Shown: positions 61,053 to 64,000 of the stretch, piece by piece | How the letters are laid out: every line of letters begins with the position of its first letter | How positions within the stretch are numbered: the first letter of the stretch is position 1 | Position numbers and translations under genes: made by a program | The notes under the pieces: model-generated | Told to the model about the DNA's origin: nothing | Database searches by the model: none | Seen by the model: only the letters and a program-made list of their open reading frames with translations | Source of the DNA: Methanobrevibacter sp. | GTDB lineage: Archaea > Methanobacteriota > Methanobacteria > Methanobacteriales > Methanobacteriaceae | Reading direction: 5' to 3' | DNA: 64,000 nucleotides | Assembly (NCBI RefSeq): GCF_017409525.1 | Contig: NZ_JAFQSO010000007.1 | Location: 26,826-90,825, forward strand

Positions 61053-62827
61053 CTAATTTTCTACTATCAATTCCTGCTCCTTTTTAAACATGTCAATTGC
61101 ATATCTCATTGACCATGCCATTACGCTTTCTTTTGAATCCAAATCCTCATCGGCATCAGCGTCTTTATCTATTATATCCAATAAATTTTTATTCAATTCA
61201 TCAGAGCATCCATTAACATCAAGATAAGACAATATAAAATTACATAAATTTGAAATCATGAACTGGAGATTGTACAATTCCCTGTTATCATCATTCACCT
61301 GAATGTTTTCACGGACAATGCTTTCAGAGACAAACAGGGTTGTCTTGTTTCCCGCATTCTCTCCAAGACATTTCTGGCGGATTAGATCAATTGACTTTTC
61401 ATTGATGCGCCAGCAGATTTCCAGATTGTTTCTTGTTTCTTTTTCAATAGAATATGGTAAAAACTTAAAGTTAAAGAGTGAAACCGCACCTACACCGACA
61501 ATCACCCACAGTATTTTTAATGTGATGGCATCCGGAGCATTAATATAGGACAGGGAAGTCATGACAGACATCAGTGTTGTTGCAGTATTTCTGATTAACC
61601 TGTCCTTAATTTTCCAAACGAAGATAAAAAGACATGTTACAACAACGATAAAAATCATAGTTCCCTTGGATACTGGAATGAAAGGCAGGGCAATAAGGAG
61701 AATTGCAAAAATAAAAATCCCTAAAAACGTTGCCTGAATACGTTTTTTGGCAGTGTATGCCATATCATCAATATATGGCACCATCATTGAAACGGTTACA
61801 AAAAAGAGCCATTTGGTAAAAGGCAAATTGAAAAGCAATGTTAACACTTCCCACAAAAGCATTATGACTGCCATTTTAAATGCAAATACGAATTTGACGG
61901 AACGAAAAGTGAACTGGCTTCTGTTGAATGGCTTGAATATTTGAATCAGTATCTTTTTGTTTGGGATTGCAGATTCATCGCTTAAATCCTTATTCAGTTC
62001 ATTGACAATGATTTCAAGATTCAATAGGACATGCTTCATTTTCATTGACTTGATTTCAATTCCCTCAAAGACTTCCTCGATTTTAATCACACGGATTTCA
62101 GAGAGGACTTTTTTAATGTATCTTAGTTCCTCCCCAGATAAATCGCTTAGAGAAAGAGATATCCCACGGACTGGAACGCTTTTATAATGTTGAGAACAGA
62201 TTGCTGTTTTGGACTTGGGAAGTATTTGTATTCAAAACGGTGATACAGGGATAAATAAAAGCCTTTTGCTGTTTTAAAACTGTCGGTAGAAACCTCCTTG
62301 CCTTCCAGTTTCAAATCAATTGCCCTCCTCAGCTCTTCAACAAGATTATCCAGTGTTTCCTTAGATAAATTATAGTGCTTATCCCTGTTAATGACAATAT
62401 TTAAGCCAACGATGAATACGGCTCCGAAAGCCAGTGCCATGAGCCTCAAAGGCAGATTTTCAAGGGACACGGGATTTGCCGACATGATGAAATAACACAG
62501 AAGATAAGGCATGTAAACGTCACTTCTAAAGAGGCGATATGAGGAGAGTGTAGTTCCAAAAACAACCAGAAACGTCAGAATGCAGCTTAAAATCGTTATC
62601 GGACTATTAAGATAAGAAACGATTCCCATAACCAGCAGCAAACCTAAAATCTTAACAAAAGATAAGCCCGGTTTATATGACAAATCCTCATTGAGATTCA
62701 TGAATGCGGCTATGATGATCATTATCCCTACTGCAGTATTTTTCCTTCCAAAAAAAATCATGTAAAAAAGCATTGCCCCAATCAATGCTGAAAACATGAA
62801 TATTTTTCGTTTTATAGCCTTATCCAT
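61053..62827 (-). pseudogene. FUSC/aromatic acid exporter-family membrane protein split by a 1-nt frameshift near 62150 (true pseudogene or sequencing error)
   Basis: The 226-aa frame stops at 62147; the second frame is open from 62231 to 61053. Joined, they give about 590 aa with two TM clusters. Confidence 0.7.
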
Positions 62828-62907
62828 TTACTGCACCACATCCATTCAATAATCAAATCAGGAAAAAAATCATCATTAAAAAAAAGAAGAAAGTGAGAGA
62901 TGAACTC

Positions 62908-64000
62908 TCATGGTTTTTTGAATTTTTTATCAGGTTTTTTAATCTCTTTATCCGTCAGCCGGAGTGTCAGCACGAAAATGATTGCCATCAGGGCCGCCGT
63001 CACATACATTACGAACTGCATGGAATCCTTAATGATGACATTTACAACATTCTGAACAGTACTGTTTTCTGAATTAACCTCGTTTATACTGCCTATTGAC
63101 TGGAAGTAATTATATACGTTTTTCTCAAATGCCTGGTCACCGGAATGCTCCGGAGCATATGTATTGACTCCATCAGTAATACCTCCGATAACTCCAAGAA
63201 TTAAAATTACTCCGATAATTGCTGTACCCATTGACTGACCTAATGTCTGACCGGTTGTAACAATACCTGATGCATTGTTCTGACTTTCTTCAGGAATATT
63301 GCTTAATGCAATGTCCACACCTAAAGCCATTACAAAACCAAGCCCTGCCCCCAATACGAAGAGTCCAGGCATTAATTCAAGCATTGTAGTGGCCATTGTA
63401 AACTGCTGGCTTAAAATCAGACATCCGACGATTGATATTATACAACCTACAGACATGAGTATCTTGTGATTCAGTTTTGCAGACAGTTTCGGGGCCGCCA
63501 GTGCAAAAAGAAGCAAACCTAAAGTCATAGGAAGCAAAGTCAAACCTGTGTTGAATGCAGATAAAGCCAATACGCTTTGCAGATAAACGGAAACTGCAAA
63601 CAATGTTCCTCCCATAGCAAGATTAACCATTAACCTGAGGAGAGTACCGACCCGCAGATTTCTGTCTTTAAACAATTCAACATCTAGCAACGGTACGTTG
63701 CCTTTTCTTTTTCTTTTGATTTCAAACAATGCAAAGACCGCAAGGACAACCAGACCTGCAACCATTGCGGCTATACTGAAAGTGGTATCATCAGTCAGCA
63801 TCAAAATACCAATAACAAAGAGAACAAGGCCTGCAAAGGAAACGATAGATCCTGTGATATCCAATTCGCTTTTGGATCCGGTCGCTTCGAAATAAGGTAT
63901 TCTGCCGGAGAGTCCTAAAACGACTAAAACGATTATAAATTCAACTGCAAATCCTAGTCTCCAGGTGAAGTATGATGTCACAACCCCACCGAAAAGCGGA
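62908..64000 (-). CDS. MFS (DHA2-like) transporter, 5' end outside the window
   Basis: Frame is open to the window edge (PLFGGVVTSYFTWR, motif-C-like); PLLDVELF; multiple TM helices. Confidence 0.88.
   Translation of the reverse strand, partial: PLFGGVVTSYFTWRLGFAVEFIIVLVVLGLSGRIPYFEATGSKSELDITGSIVSFAGLVLFVIGILMLTDDTTFSIAAMVAGLVVLAVFALFEIKRKRKGNVPLLDVELFKDRNLRVGTLLRLMVNLAMGGTLFAVSVYLQSVLALSAFNTGLTLLPMTLGLLLFALAAPKLSAKLNHKILMSVGCIISIVGCLILSQQFTMATTMLELMPGLFVLGAGLGFVMALGVDIALSNIPEESQNNASGIVTTGQTLGQSMGTAIIGVILILGVIGGITDGVNTYAPEHSGDQAFEKNVYNYFQSIGSINEVNSENSTVQNVVNVIIKDSMQFVMYVTAALMAIIFVLTLRLTDKEIKKPDKKFKKP

Noticed and set aside
596-63895. Many short opposite-strand or alternative-frame ORFs in the track (e.g. 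596..778, 1119..1523, 10898..11288, 26243..26578, 46937..47270)
   Set aside because: They lie inside well-supported genes and are antisense or frame shadows with no RBS or motif; those at 10.9 kb and 47 kb only mirror tandem repeats

Overview
Low-GC archaeal chromosome segment that looks like a Methanobacteriales (Methanobrevibacter-like) methanogen. Markers include an archaeal histone, rpS17e, thermosome, Tes/CarS ether-lipid genes, MfnD/MfnF and adhesin-like proteins. Most of the window is housekeeping: lysC-dapA-dapB-asd, aroK/chorismate mutase, cbiD, Elp3, deoC, tRNA-Val/Phe, MtaB, hacB, truA, hisA-ribL-argC-pyrI and TldD. The outstanding accessory element is an orphan 3822-aa three-module NRPS (13647..25115) with architecture degenerate C-A-T / C-A-T-E / C-A-T / terminal C and no thioesterase. 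Its first A domain lacks the amino-binding Asp, it has an epimerization domain, and its coding sequence is a patchwork of oppositely skewed G/T-rich and A/C-rich blocks. It lies between two copies of an ~85-bp direct repeat, between cbiD and a GT4 gene, which suggests an inserted ~12.4-kb island. Other points of interest: two secreted M14-type metallopeptidases coupled into the aroK operon (one with a sequon-rich 45-bp tandem repeat); a coiled-coil protein with 31-aa repeats; a P1B ATPase with a large Cys/His-rich N-terminus and a CadC-like regulator with candidate operators; and a frameshifted FUSC gene. All assignments come from motif reading by eye; no database searches were run.
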